Part shown: positions 47,611 to 56,900 of the stretch, piece after piece
How the letters are laid out: every line of letters starts with the position of its first letter
How positions within the stretch are numbered: the stretch's first letter is position 1
Notes under the pieces: generated by a model
Told to the model about the DNA's origin: nothing
Seen by the model: the letters and a program-made list of their open reading frames with translations, nothing else
Databases searched by the model: none
Made by a program: the position numbers and the translations under genes
Source of the DNA: a virus
Direction: 5' to 3' (one strand)
Virus record (IMG/VR): IMGVR_UViG_3300027782_000035
DNA length: 64,000 bases

Positions 47611-50320
47611 GATATGCTAATCCCATCTTATAGGTCTTATCATTTAAGAACGTGCGTAGATCTTTTCTACCAGTCCCCAAGTTGTTATAAGATATGTGCA
47701 ACCAATTAATTCTTTTACTATCCTTATTACCATTTATACCAGGATCGCGATACTCTAACAACATCTGATCGTAAGGTAGTATAGATGCTAACTTTACAGC
47801 TGCATCATAATTAGCCTTATACCCATAATTACCACCAATTGATATATCGACAGCACTACCAGTCATATGTTGAGAAGTTGGAGAGCCGCCATCAACTTTG
47901 GAACTTCTATAGCAAGACGTCATAACCCAAGACTTATTTACTGGACCGAGCGTTTCGTTCAATGGTCCTAAGATATTAACGCATAGCGCTTTTAGATTAC
48001 ATACGAGATCTTGTGTAGTGTAATCTTTTATCGGTGAGCCATATCTTCCAGGAGTCATTGAGTATTGACGAAGTACTTGGGCCATCGTCCAATTGTGTCC
48101 TGTTTTATCAGTGTGAAGTACATACGATGATGGGAATGATGACATGCCGTAAATAACATCACATCCTGGATTTGTGCTCCTTGCTGTATTTTCTGGCTTA
48201 GCGGTAGTCTCTATTTCGTTAGTTGCAGGTTTCTCTGCTCCAGTATCTCTATTTGAGTGATAATCCCTAGCATTATCTGACGTATTTTCTTCAGGAGTTT
48301 CAAATAATATTTCTTCTTCTAGATTGCGCGGAGGAGGTTTTAATTGCTCGAAAGTTTGTGAACTCTTAGTTCCTGCACTAATCGGATTACCTAAACCAGA
48401 TGTTTCTGCTGAGGCAGCACCTTCTGCAAGACGAACAAGAGCACCTTCAATATTAGCGTTACCGCCGGCATTAATTTCCATATTACCGCCAGACGTAAGT
48501 TTATTAGAGCCAGCAGTATATACATTGAAATCGCCAGTCGATTCAATGTTAACAGTAGAACCTTTCATAGAAAGGGTGCCGCCAACATTGACATTCATAT
48601 CAGAAGCAACATTTATACTACTGCTTCCGCCTATGTTAATTTTTGCATCACCGGTAACATCAATCGATGCATCAGCATTTACTAAAAGTCTTACGTTTCC
48701 ATTAACTGTTAAATTGCAATCACCGCCAACGTATACATATCCATTACGCTCCATGATATAATAACCATCGCCGACTATGCGATTTACTTGCGAACCATTA
48801 GCATCTATCTCGGTGTAGGTTCCTTTGCGGTGATAGAAGTGAACGCGTTCATTTTCTGGAGTATCGTCAAACTCCATAAGATGTCCTGATTCAGTTTCCA
48901 TTACTTTGTTATACGGATACTTTGCGTTATATGGAATATCTGGTTGTGTCCAACTGAAACCTCCACCAGTTTCAACTCCTTCCATTCTCTTACCATCTTT
49001 ATATTCGACTACAGTGCCGGCTATTTTTCCACGCGCTAAACGATTGGTATCAGGTTCTCCAATATAAGACCGTAAAGGATATTTCATATTAGGATCGTTA
49101 AATCCAATATTCAAATTCTGTTGTCGATCGGCAGGCAAGCCATTTGACGCAAGTGGCACTCCTTGAGCTTCATCGCCAGGTTTTGTAGATTTATCAGTCT
49201 GCTCTGGCGGAGGTGCTGCTTCACCTAGAAAGTATTGATAGTACGCGCGTTTTTTCTCATAGCCACCAGTACCAGCATCGTTACCCACGGCTCTAAGCGC
49301 TTTTTCTAAATAAGAAGGATCATCTGGCGATACTGATACTCTACGCTTCATATATGCAACAGCTGTATCAGCAGAAACATCATAATCTGTATTAAGTAAA
49401 TCTGGTTGAGAAATAATGTCTACACCAACTAGCTTTGCGTATACACCATAATTAGCTCTACCAGTTATTTGTATGAATCCTCTACCATAAAATCTACCAC
49501 CATCACCAGGCACGCTATTACCAAGCGATTTGCCATTGTTTTCTGGTGCATATACTAAGTCAAAGAATGACTCTCGCGTTCCCTTCCATCTAGCATATCT
49601 TTCTGCTAAATCTGGTTTATTAGCAAACGTATAACCAAAGACTTTCATCAATGTCGCAGCGGATGCATAATAGTATCCCTCTGCTTGAGGTATACATCCG
49701 CTTTCTCCCATTGCAATTCCTAGCAAAGAAGCTCTTCCATATTTTCCAGTAAACCCAGCTTTATCCATTGCTTTATTTAAAGCATCTATACCTTTTTTGG
49801 CGCTAGCACCTGGCACCTTCATCGACTTACTTGTAGCTGTAGTAACAGGAGTCGAAGGAGGAGGTGTTTCAGGTGTTGTTGTAGTAGGAGCTGTAGTAAC
49901 TGGATTGCCATTTCCATCTGTCACTATGTTGCCAGAGCCGTCTGTTACTACATCACCTTTTGGTGTTGATTCAGTTTTTTCTGGAATTCCATCTATAGAA
50001 ATAGATTCATCCTGATCTTCATCTATTGCTTTATTTTCTTCTTGAGGTATACCTCCAACGGTGCCAAGTATTATAGGTTGCTGAAGTTCATCCGGATCTC
50101 TGAACATTATAACAACCCAAGATCCTTCTACGACGCCAAGAGGAGAATATCCTATTCCATTTATAGCAGCAGATGTAATTGGCTGAAGAGGATATGCCCA
50201 AGGCAAATCCTCGGTTGGAAGTAAAGTCTTATCGTGCGTATGAATACCAACTACACGAACTTGGCATCTACCAAGTTTAAGAGGATCATTTCTATTTTCA
50301 ACGCATCCGGTATATAACAT
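47600..50320 (-). CDS. gp5: Baseplate central spike gp5 with GH19 lysozyme/chitinase and C-terminal peptidase M15 domains
   Basis: OB-fold VENRNDPLKLGRCQVRVVGIH...LPWA; GH19 GDGGRFYGRGFIQITGRANY; YPYNKVMETESGHLMEFDDTP plus beta-helix; M15 TSCYRS...SQHMTGSAVDI...WLHISY. Confidence 0.9.
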   Translation of the reverse strand: MLYTGCVENRNDPLKLGRCQVRVVGIHTHDKTLLPTEDLPWAYPLQPITSAAINGIGYSPLGVVEGSWVVIMFRDPDELQQPIILGTVGGIPQEENKAIDEDQDESISIDGIPEKTESTPKGDVVTDGSGNIVTDGNGNPVTTAPTTTTPETPPPSTPVTTATSKSMKVPGASAKKGIDALNKAMDKAGFTGKYGRASLLGIAMGESGCIPQAEGYYYASAATLMKVFGYTFANKPDLAERYARWKGTRESFFDLVYAPENNGKSLGNSVPGDGGRFYGRGFIQITGRANYGVYAKLVGVDIISQPDLLNTDYDVSADTAVAYMKRRVSVSPDDPSYLEKALRAVGNDAGTGGYEKKRAYYQYFLGEAAPPPEQTDKSTKPGDEAQGVPLASNGLPADRQQNLNIGFNDPNMKYPLRSYIGEPDTNRLARGKIAGTVVEYKDGKRMEGVETGGGFSWTQPDIPYNAKYPYNKVMETESGHLMEFDDTPENERVHFYHRKGTYTEIDANGSQVNRIVGDGYYIMERNGYVYVGGDCNLTVNGNVRLLVNADASIDVTGDAKINIGGSSSINVASDMNVNVGGTLSMKGSTVNIESTGDFNVYTAGSNKLTSGGNMEINAGGNANIEGALVRLAEGAASAETSGLGNPISAGTKSSQTFEQLKPPPRNLEEEILFETPEENTSDNARDYHSNRDTGAEKPATNEIETTAKPENTARSTNPGCDVIYGMSSFPSSYVLHTDKTGHNWTMAQVLRQYSMTPGRYGSPIKDYTTQDLVCNLKALCVNILGPLNETLGPVNKSWVMTSCYRSSKVDGGSPTSQHMTGSAVDISIGGNYGYKANYDAAVKLASILPYDQMLLEYRDPGINGNKDSKRINWLHISYNNLGTGRKDLRTFLNDKTYKMGLAYLGT

Positions 50321-50321
50321 C

Positions 50322-51599
50322 TTACGCCTTACTCAAATCAGTTAATGTAGAATTCTTTATTAGTTCTAAAGTGCACGTGTGATTTTCTCTATTAATGTAA
50401 TGACTTACTGCTGATACTAAATAGCGACCTGATATCATTAAATCGCGTGGGTCAGAGTCTGTCTTAACGATAACACCAGCTTTGGGTATATTTAATTCTA
50501 CGACTTGCCCAATAGTGTAGTCTGTTCTGCCAAGCACTTCTATAGTAACTCTAAATTTATTTAGATTCTGAAAGAAAGACATTCGCTTTTGAACAGTCTT
50601 AGCATTAGTAACATCAGTAAAGTTATTAAAATTGTTATAATATCTAGGCATCGTAATCATAGTACTAGAACTATTCGTAGTAGCATATTTTGAATAACCT
50701 GGATTGGGATTAAGCAACGTAGCGGGCAGAGGATCTTTCTTAACTGAATAATCTTTTGCAGTATATTTTTTAGTCACAATATCATAAGAAATCATTTTAG
50801 ATTTTAATCTACCTGTCTGAATATCATTCATATAGTCTGTGACAACTGGAATGCTTAATCCTAAGACTCTCTTATAATCTTCGCTAGGATCTTTTACACT
50901 ACCAACTCCACCAGATGTATCTACTTCTGTTCTTGTATAATTATCCTTAGTGAAAGTATGGTATGTCTTATCCATAAGCAAATCGTCTATAGCTTTAAAA
51001 TTAAAGCCTTCTCTATTTTCGTAAAATAGATATGAAGGAGACTTCTTCTGACTTACTGCGTTTGTTGAAAGATAATTTATACATTTTACTGGCGACCAAA
51101 ATGCTGCAACAAACTTAGTTACGTTTGATGTAGTTTGTACCAGTGTTTTCTTCTTCGTATTCAATCCTTCTTTTCCAAGAAGCTTAAATACATTTTCACT
51201 TATGCTTCCAGAATATGCTTTACTAATTTTATTATTAGCATCAACAAGATATTCTTCGGATATAGCCTTTATGATATACACAACTTCTCTTTCCTGAGTA
51301 TACTCACGATCTTCTATCTTGTAAATATAAAACTTGCCAATTATTGGCTTATCAGTTCCTGGAGTAACTATATCGATATCTACATATTCTTCTCCAATAA
51401 ATGGAAAAAGATTTAAGTAATCGATCGATTCTCTCAACACTATAGAAAGCGTAATGAAACTAGAAAATATATCTTCGTAGATCGATATACTTTCTACCTG
51501 ATTAATTACGTTTGCGACTTGACCATTAAGAGAGTGAAGTCTCACTTGTCTTAATGATACATCACCTGCAAATCTTAGGCTAGTAGTACTATCTTGCAT
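50322..51599 (-). CDS. Baseplate hub protein (gp27-like)
   Basis: ISIYEDIFS...FPFIGEE...YLFYENREGFNF...IGQVVELNIP...SGRYLVSAVSH; lies between gp53 and gp5. Confidence 0.7.
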   Translation of the reverse strand: MQDSTTSLRFAGDVSLRQVRLHSLNGQVANVINQVESISIYEDIFSSFITLSIVLRESIDYLNLFPFIGEEYVDIDIVTPGTDKPIIGKFYIYKIEDREYTQEREVVYIIKAISEEYLVDANNKISKAYSGSISENVFKLLGKEGLNTKKKTLVQTTSNVTKFVAAFWSPVKCINYLSTNAVSQKKSPSYLFYENREGFNFKAIDDLLMDKTYHTFTKDNYTRTEVDTSGGVGSVKDPSEDYKRVLGLSIPVVTDYMNDIQTGRLKSKMISYDIVTKKYTAKDYSVKKDPLPATLLNPNPGYSKYATTNSSSTMITMPRYYNNFNNFTDVTNAKTVQKRMSFFQNLNKFRVTIEVLGRTDYTIGQVVELNIPKAGVIVKTDSDPRDLMISGRYLVSAVSHYINRENHTCTLELIKNSTLTDLSKA

Positions 51600-51600
51600 A

Positions 51601-52620
51601 TTATGGTGTTACTAGTGTTTGGTATTCTCTTACGAATTGATCTATAAGATTACGAGAAAGTAGTTTTATTCTTCGCTTAGATTCGTTCTTTCGAGTTTCA
51701 AATTCTACATTTGTTATTGGGTTATATACATCACTTATTTGAAATGCATTAGCGCCTATGATAAAACTTCCAACACCTATGTACAAGTAACTATTGTTTA
51801 ACTCGACAAATCTAACTCCGTTCACCGAAACAGAATCACCTGTGCTTAATTTACCTTTTTGAATTGAGATCTGGGCTGTAGATACACTTGAAGTTGAAAA
51901 TATTAAGCCAGTAAAATTAGCACCAAATAATTGACTGGTTGTTATAGCGCTATCTGCTTGAGTGACTAATGTAAAAGATGTGCTGCCATTAGTTTCAGAT
52001 ATCTTATACAAGGTGCCAGGAACGTATCCATTAATAATACCTGTTCCAATATTATTTCCAGTTATAGTGATAGTTTGACCAATAGAAAGCAAAGTGGGGT
52101 CACACTCAAACTTTCCATTGCCAAATGAACCGCTTATTCTAACGTTTGAAATTCCAAGTCCAGTAATCTTAGCAGCTACACCAGAACTAGCGCACGTTAT
52201 AATATCATTTATCTTTAATGATGAATATACAGAAGTAGGAAATTTAAGTGAAGCTGTAGCTTCGCTCACGATTCCATTCTTTTCATAATGATGAATGTTA
52301 TAAATCTTATCTTCGCCATAATTGTCGATACACAATTGTATTAGTTCAACATTAGTCAAAGGGAAGTCGCCAACATAATCATATCGCTGATTCACTAACA
52401 TAATAACCCAATGCAATTCTGGATTACCATATACTTTTTCTGCTATGATTTCTGGCGTTTCGCCTTCTTGCATATCATATTCATCATATATAGTTACATT
52501 TTCTAATGCTTGTTTTCTAACTCTAACGTTAGTAGTAATGTCAGTTAGAATCTGAAGTGTATTTTCAGAATTCGCTTTTGGAAAATCATAATATATTTGC
52601 GGAAATTGTTTGAAGTACAT
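51601..52620 (-). CDS. gp53: Baseplate wedge gp53 (LysM-like) with inserted module
   Basis: MYFKQFPQIYY...EGETPEIIAEKVYGNPELHWVIMLVN...IHHYE...NESKRRIKLL. Confidence 0.9.
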   Translation of the reverse strand: MYFKQFPQIYYDFPKANSENTLQILTDITTNVRVRKQALENVTIYDEYDMQEGETPEIIAEKVYGNPELHWVIMLVNQRYDYVGDFPLTNVELIQLCIDNYGEDKIYNIHHYEKNGIVSEATASLKFPTSVYSSLKINDIITCASSGVAAKITGLGISNVRISGSFGNGKFECDPTLLSIGQTITITGNNIGTGIINGYVPGTLYKISETNGSTSFTLVTQADSAITTSQLFGANFTGLIFSTSSVSTAQISIQKGKLSTGDSVSVNGVRFVELNNSYLYIGVGSFIIGANAFQISDVYNPITNVEFETRKNESKRRIKLLSRNLIDQFVREYQTLVTP

Positions 52621-52621
52621 A

Positions 52622-53788
52622 TTAGGTGTATTTCTCGATTGTTTCCTTCGATAGAAGCATAAGTTCTTTGAAGGTAAGTGTTATGTTTATCTGAGTTGGC
52701 ATACCATTTGGAAAGGTATTAAATACGCCGTTTGGTGTATAGTTAACATTCATTTCAGTTAGAACACATGATGTGTGACGATGAATGTTAAGGTTTTCTT
52801 CGGTGCCCTGATAATAAACTATATCAAACTCAGACGGATATATGTACAAGAATGCATCAGAGCTTTTAAACTCCGGATGCATATGATACTTAAACGCTCT
52901 AATGATATTCTGAACATTTAGTGCTTCCGACTCAGAGCGTGGAGCAAATTGATATTCAAATGAAAACGTTCTAAAATCGACGTTCTTAAATGCTTGTTCT
53001 TTCTTAGGGTTAGCTGCTACACCTGCTGCTAATGCCATTTCTTTACCCATAGGTGCATTATTAATTGCTAATGCTGCGAGTATCTCCCCTGCAACTCCAC
53101 CAGTTCTTTTAACGTCTGCATTCCCGGTTAAAGTTTTTCCGATTTCGCTTCCCACTTTCGCCAGCATTGAAAATGCTGCAGTGTCTTCTTCTCCCCACCC
53201 AGCAGAATATCTTACTGATAACTGATTGGGAATATACAATCCAATAGCGGCCTTTAATCTTTTCTGTGGACGAGAGAATGTTGGTTCTTTCTTTTGGCCT
53301 TCTGGCACTTCAGCATTATTTGCTGAGTTTGCTATAGCAGCTGTTCCAAGAAGACCTACCCCTGCACCAACTGCTACACCTGTGCCACCTTTAACGCCTA
53401 GTGCTTGAGTTACTACTCCACCTGTTGCGCCACCTGTTGCAGCTGCTGCACCAGCAGCTTGAGCCGTTGTTACTTTTTGTCCCAACAATTGACTGCGTAA
53501 ATCACGTTGAACACCTTCTACCGTAGTAACTTGACTTCCCGACGCAAATACGCGAGAATCTACAGAAGTGTTGATATAAAATATTACACGACTACTGTTA
53601 TATTGTGGAGACGACATCAAGTCTTCGGGATACGATAATCCTTTAACATTATACTTACCGCTTTCGAAAGTAGAGGCAATATAATCAAAATTTGGTGCAA
53701 ACGGAGTCGTATCCTTACCGATCTGATTATTTTGTGCATCTACAGCTATTTGCTGGTCGACTTTTCTTATATCTGCTTGTGACGCCAT
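52622..53788 (-). CDS. gp48: Baseplate tail tube cap gp48
   Basis: IGLYIPN...NPKKEQAFKNVDFRTFSFEYQFAPRSESEA...YPSEFDI...CVLTEMNVNYTP...GMP...LTFKE. Confidence 0.85.
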   Translation of the reverse strand: MASQADIRKVDQQIAVDAQNNQIGKDTTPFAPNFDYIASTFESGKYNVKGLSYPEDLMSSPQYNSSRVIFYINTSVDSRVFASGSQVTTVEGVQRDLRSQLLGQKVTTAQAAGAAAATGGATGGVVTQALGVKGGTGVAVGAGVGLLGTAAIANSANNAEVPEGQKKEPTFSRPQKRLKAAIGLYIPNQLSVRYSAGWGEEDTAAFSMLAKVGSEIGKTLTGNADVKRTGGVAGEILAALAINNAPMGKEMALAAGVAANPKKEQAFKNVDFRTFSFEYQFAPRSESEALNVQNIIRAFKYHMHPEFKSSDAFLYIYPSEFDIVYYQGTEENLNIHRHTSCVLTEMNVNYTPNGVFNTFPNGMPTQINITLTFKELMLLSKETIEKYT

Positions 53789-53793
53789 AGTGG

Positions 53794-53826
53794 TATAAAT
53801 ATAGTTAGTTGTATAGTCTATTTATT
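53794..53826. promoter_or_regulatory. Overlapping late promoters for the two divergent late blocks: TATAAATA (+, 53794-53801) and AATAAATA (-, 53819-53826)
   Basis: Both lie in the 42-nt gap where the gp48 and gp4 blocks diverge. Confidence 0.75.
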
Positions 53827-53830
53827 ATAC

Positions 53831-54250
53831 ATGTATCATAAAAGAAAATACGTACCATTAAATCCCAAGAAGTATGCTGGTGACCCATCGAATATCGTAA
53901 TGAGATCGAGTTGGGAGACTAGGTTTGCTATATGGTGTGACAAGAATCCCTCTATAGTTAGATGGAGTTCTGAGGAAACCGTGATACCTTACGTATCTCC
54001 TCTTGATGGTAAAATTCATAGGTATTTTGTAGACTTTAAGATAGAAACCGTTAATAAGAAAACATACTTAATAGAGATTAAACCTAAGGCACAGACTATA
54101 AAACCTCAGGGAACCCGACAGACGACAAAGTTTCTAAAAGAAGCTACTACTTATTTAGTAAATCAGGCGAAATGGGAATATGCAAGCCGATATTCAAAGG
54201 ATAGAAATTGGGAATTTATTGTCCTAACGGAAGATGAACTAGGAATCTAA
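53831..54250 (+). CDS. gp4: Head completion nuclease gp4 (TnsA-like)
   Basis: NPKKYAGDPSNIVMRSSWE...WSSEE..IPY.SP.DG..HRYFVDF...IEIKP...NQAKW...TEDEL. Confidence 0.9.
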   Translation: MYHKRKYVPLNPKKYAGDPSNIVMRSSWETRFAIWCDKNPSIVRWSSEETVIPYVSPLDGKIHRYFVDFKIETVNKKTYLIEIKPKAQTIKPQGTRQTTKFLKEATTYLVNQAKWEYASRYSKDRNWEFIVLTEDELGI

Positions 54251-54831
54251 TGGCAGACAAGAAACAAACCTTGCAAACGATTTTCGAAAAACATAAATTC
54301 GATCAATCGATTGCAACTCAATCTAAAACCTGGTTTCAGCAACAGACTTTGTTGCTCGCGCGCAAGAGAATAGATACTAATAAGTTATTCACGCAACAGA
54401 GAGTAGTTACCAAACTAGTTCCCGGCAAGCTTTATATGTTTTATTATGATCCCAAATACAAGAATGAATTACCATATTATGATAGGTTCCCTCTTGTATT
54501 TCCATATTCAGCTACTAAAGATGGATTCATGGGATTAAACATGCATTATTTATCGCCGTACCATCGAGTGTTTTTAATGACAAAATTAATGCAGTTCGCT
54601 AATAATAAAAACTTCGATGATACAACTAGAATAAAGTATTCATGGAATTTAATATCAGGCATGAGTAGATTTAAGTTAGCAGAACCATGCATAAAGCATT
54701 ACTTAAAACCTCATGTAAAATCAATGTTTATTGAAATCCCTGGAGATCAGTGGCATACTGCAATGATGTTACCACTAGAAAAATTTGTAGGAGCCAATAA
54801 GATGACAGTATTCGGAGACTCATTAACATGA
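54250..54831 (+). CDS. gp2: DNA end protector protein gp2
   Basis: PGKLYMFYYDPKYKNELPYYDRFPLV...GLNMHYL...CIKHYL. Confidence 0.9.
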   Translation: MADKKQTLQTIFEKHKFDQSIATQSKTWFQQQTLLLARKRIDTNKLFTQQRVVTKLVPGKLYMFYYDPKYKNELPYYDRFPLVFPYSATKDGFMGLNMHYLSPYHRVFLMTKLMQFANNKNFDDTTRIKYSWNLISGMSRFKLAEPCIKHYLKPHVKSMFIEIPGDQWHTAMMLPLEKFVGANKMTVFGDSLT

Positions 54832-55586
54832 ATCAATTAAACGATTTTATAGCCAATGTAAAACAGGGAATGGCTAAGACTAGCTATTTCACGGTTGAAC
54901 TGTTGCTGCCTTCAAAACTTGTCAATGAAAAACAACCAATTCGTGAAAACCTTAGAGCTATTCAACTATTTTGTGATCAAACACAATTGCCGGGGATATC
55001 ATTTGGTACAGCTCAGGTTAGATCACATGGAGAATTCAAAGAAGTTCCATATGAGAAATTATACGAAGCAGTTACTATGAATTTTTATGTAGATAAAGAA
55101 CTAAATGTCAAATACTTATTTGATTCTTGGATGGATATTATTCAAGATGGAACTAGTAGAACTTTTAGTTATCCAAATACTTATACGTCTGATAAGATGA
55201 GAATCATAGTAGAAGATACAGAAGGTCAAGGACGATACGAGGTTAACCTCTTTAGATGTTATCCTAAATCCATTGCACCTATTCAATTAGACTATTCTTC
55301 TAAAGATGTGATGAAACTTCAAGTTACTTTCACATATCAATATGCAACATATGAAAGACTAGCACAACAAGGCTCTGATTCTTCTTCTTCAATGGAAGGA
55401 ACCGCACGTCAGTTACCTAACTATAACTATGGATATCCTTCAGAAACAGTAATTCCCGATAATTACTTTACTGATTTTAGAGGATTCCAAGATGAGTTCA
55501 ACGACTTCTCACTCGATGGAGTTAGAACTACCGATTCCACTGAAAACATTGGAGTATTTACGGGCTTTGGTGGAATTTTTAGTTAA
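54828..55586 (+). CDS. gp54: Baseplate tail tube initiator gp54-like (gp19 fold)
   Basis: LFCDQTQLPG...VTMNFYVD...FDSWMD...YPKSIAPIQLDY...LQVTFTY. Confidence 0.7.
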   Translation: MNQLNDFIANVKQGMAKTSYFTVELLLPSKLVNEKQPIRENLRAIQLFCDQTQLPGISFGTAQVRSHGEFKEVPYEKLYEAVTMNFYVDKELNVKYLFDSWMDIIQDGTSRTFSYPNTYTSDKMRIIVEDTEGQGRYEVNLFRCYPKSIAPIQLDYSSKDVMKLQVTFTYQYATYERLAQQGSDSSSSMEGTARQLPNYNYGYPSETVIPDNYFTDFRGFQDEFNDFSLDGVRTTDSTENIGVFTGFGGIFS

Positions 55587-55598
55587 TGTGTAAAAATT

Positions 55599-56003
55599 AT
55601 GAATATAGATGATAAACTGAGTCAAGTGTTCGAGATAGAACCTATAATTAAAAGTGAAGTGATAACTCACCAAGATATTGTTACGCATAAGAATGATAAG
55701 CTAGAATCAGACTATGAGACTACTCGAACAAATTTGCATGTGCTATTAATACAAGGACAAGACGCATTAAATCACGCGTTAGAAGTTGCTAAGGCTAGTG
55801 AACATCCTCGAGCTTTCGAAGTTGTGGGAGGTCTAATGAAACACGTAGCTGATATAAACACACAGCTTTTAGATCTTCATAAGAAGAAGCAATCTATCGA
55901 AGCGCCTGATAAGAAAACGCAAACCACTACCAATAATTCTATCTTTGTTGGTAGTACAACTGAATTGAGCAAAATGCTTAATGATTTAAGAAAAGGAAAA
56001 TAA
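55599..56003 (+). CDS. gp16: Terminase small subunit gp16
   Basis: DYETTRTNL...GQDAL...A..SEHPRAFEV...LLDLHKK...NNSIFVGSTTEL.KML. Confidence 0.85.
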   Translation: MNIDDKLSQVFEIEPIIKSEVITHQDIVTHKNDKLESDYETTRTNLHVLLIQGQDALNHALEVAKASEHPRAFEVVGGLMKHVADINTQLLDLHKKKQSIEAPDKKTQTTTNNSIFVGSTTELSKMLNDLRKGK

Positions 56004-56004
56004 C

Positions 56005-56718
56005 ATGGCTTTACCAGTAATGTCACAAGTGACATATGAATTGACTATACCGTCTACTAAACAAAAAATAAAATATAGACCTTTCCTAGTTAAGGAACAA
56101 AAAGATTTATTAATTGCACAGCAGAGCGATGATGAAAAGGTAATGATTGAAACTCTTAAGAATATCATTCGTTCATGCACGCTAGATAAAGTTGAAGTTG
56201 ACAACTTGGCGATGTTCGATATTGAATATATCTTTACTCAGCTTAGAGCTAAGTCAGTAGGAGAGTATTCTGATCTTACGTTTAATTGCCTCGAGTGCAA
56301 TGACCCAAAAGCAAAGATGAATGTTAGTATTGATTTGACTACTCTAACGGTAGAGTTTAATGAAAAGCATAAATCAATTATTCCTCTTTTCGATACAGTA
56401 GGAATAAAGATGAAGTATCCGGGTTTGGCACTCTTTGATAAGATGAATAAACTCGAAGGTAATCAAGTGGATATGATATTCGATGTCATAATTGAATGTA
56501 TAGATTCGATATACGACGAAGATACTGTATATCCAGCGCATGAACAAAGCAGGGAAGAATTAGAAACGTTTATCAACAATTTAACACAGGATCAGTTTCA
56601 AAAAGTTCAAAACTTCTTTGAAACAATGCCTAAGCTAGAAAAAGAAATAGAATTTGATTGCCCAATGTGTAAATACCACCATCAACATGTTGTTCGAGGA
56701 TTAAGCGGTTTTTTTTAA
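56005..56718 (+). CDS. gp26: Baseplate hub assembly chaperone gp26
   Basis: MALP...YELTIPS...KYRPFLVKEQK.LL...FDIEYIF.QLRAKSVGE; two CxxC motifs; FFETMPKL...GLSGFF. Confidence 0.9.
   Translation: MALPVMSQVTYELTIPSTKQKIKYRPFLVKEQKDLLIAQQSDDEKVMIETLKNIIRSCTLDKVEVDNLAMFDIEYIFTQLRAKSVGEYSDLTFNCLECNDPKAKMNVSIDLTTLTVEFNEKHKSIIPLFDTVGIKMKYPGLALFDKMNKLEGNQVDMIFDVIIECIDSIYDEDTVYPAHEQSREELETFINNLTQDQFQKVQNFFETMPKLEKEIEFDCPMCKYHHQHVVRGLSGFF
56709..56715 (+). other. Candidate -1 ribosomal slippery heptamer T TTT TTT at the end of gp26
   Basis: GGT TTT TTT TAA; the -1 frame is open from here into gp51; SD-like GAGGA at 56696-56700. Confidence 0.6.
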
Positions 56719-56756
56719 TAGCTCTTTGTCATGATAACTTAGCAAACTATTATAAA

Positions 56757-56900
56757 ATGAATTTTGCGCTCATGCAGTATCATAAATATAGTTTGTATGA
56801 CATTGAGAGTATGTTACCATTTGAGCGCGAAATATATGTTGCAATGTTAATCAAATTCTTAGAAGAAGAAAAAGAAAGACTAGAAAGACAGAAAAGATGA
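56757..56900 (+). CDS. gp51: Baseplate hub assembly catalyst gp51-like; reading frame extends upstream through the T8 run at 56709
   Basis: Not in the ORF track. (FFLIALCHDNLANYYK)MNFALMQYHKYSLYDIESMLPFEREIYVAMLIKFLEEEKERLERQKR; its stop overlaps the next ATG. Confidence 0.8.
   Translation: MNFALMQYHKYSLYDIESMLPFEREIYVAMLIKFLEEEKERLERQKR

Noticed and set aside
30428-50320. Inteins, introns or homing endonucleases explaining the enlarged baseplate genes
   Set aside because: No Hint (C...HN), LAGLIDADG, HNH or GIY-YIG motifs were seen; the extra length comes from structural modules and repeats.
695-53408. Numerous + strand ORFs of 60-270 aa overlapping the fibre and baseplate genes
   Set aside because: They are antisense shadows of Thr/Gly/Ala-rich genes (Val/Pro/Ala-rich translations) with no recognisable motifs.
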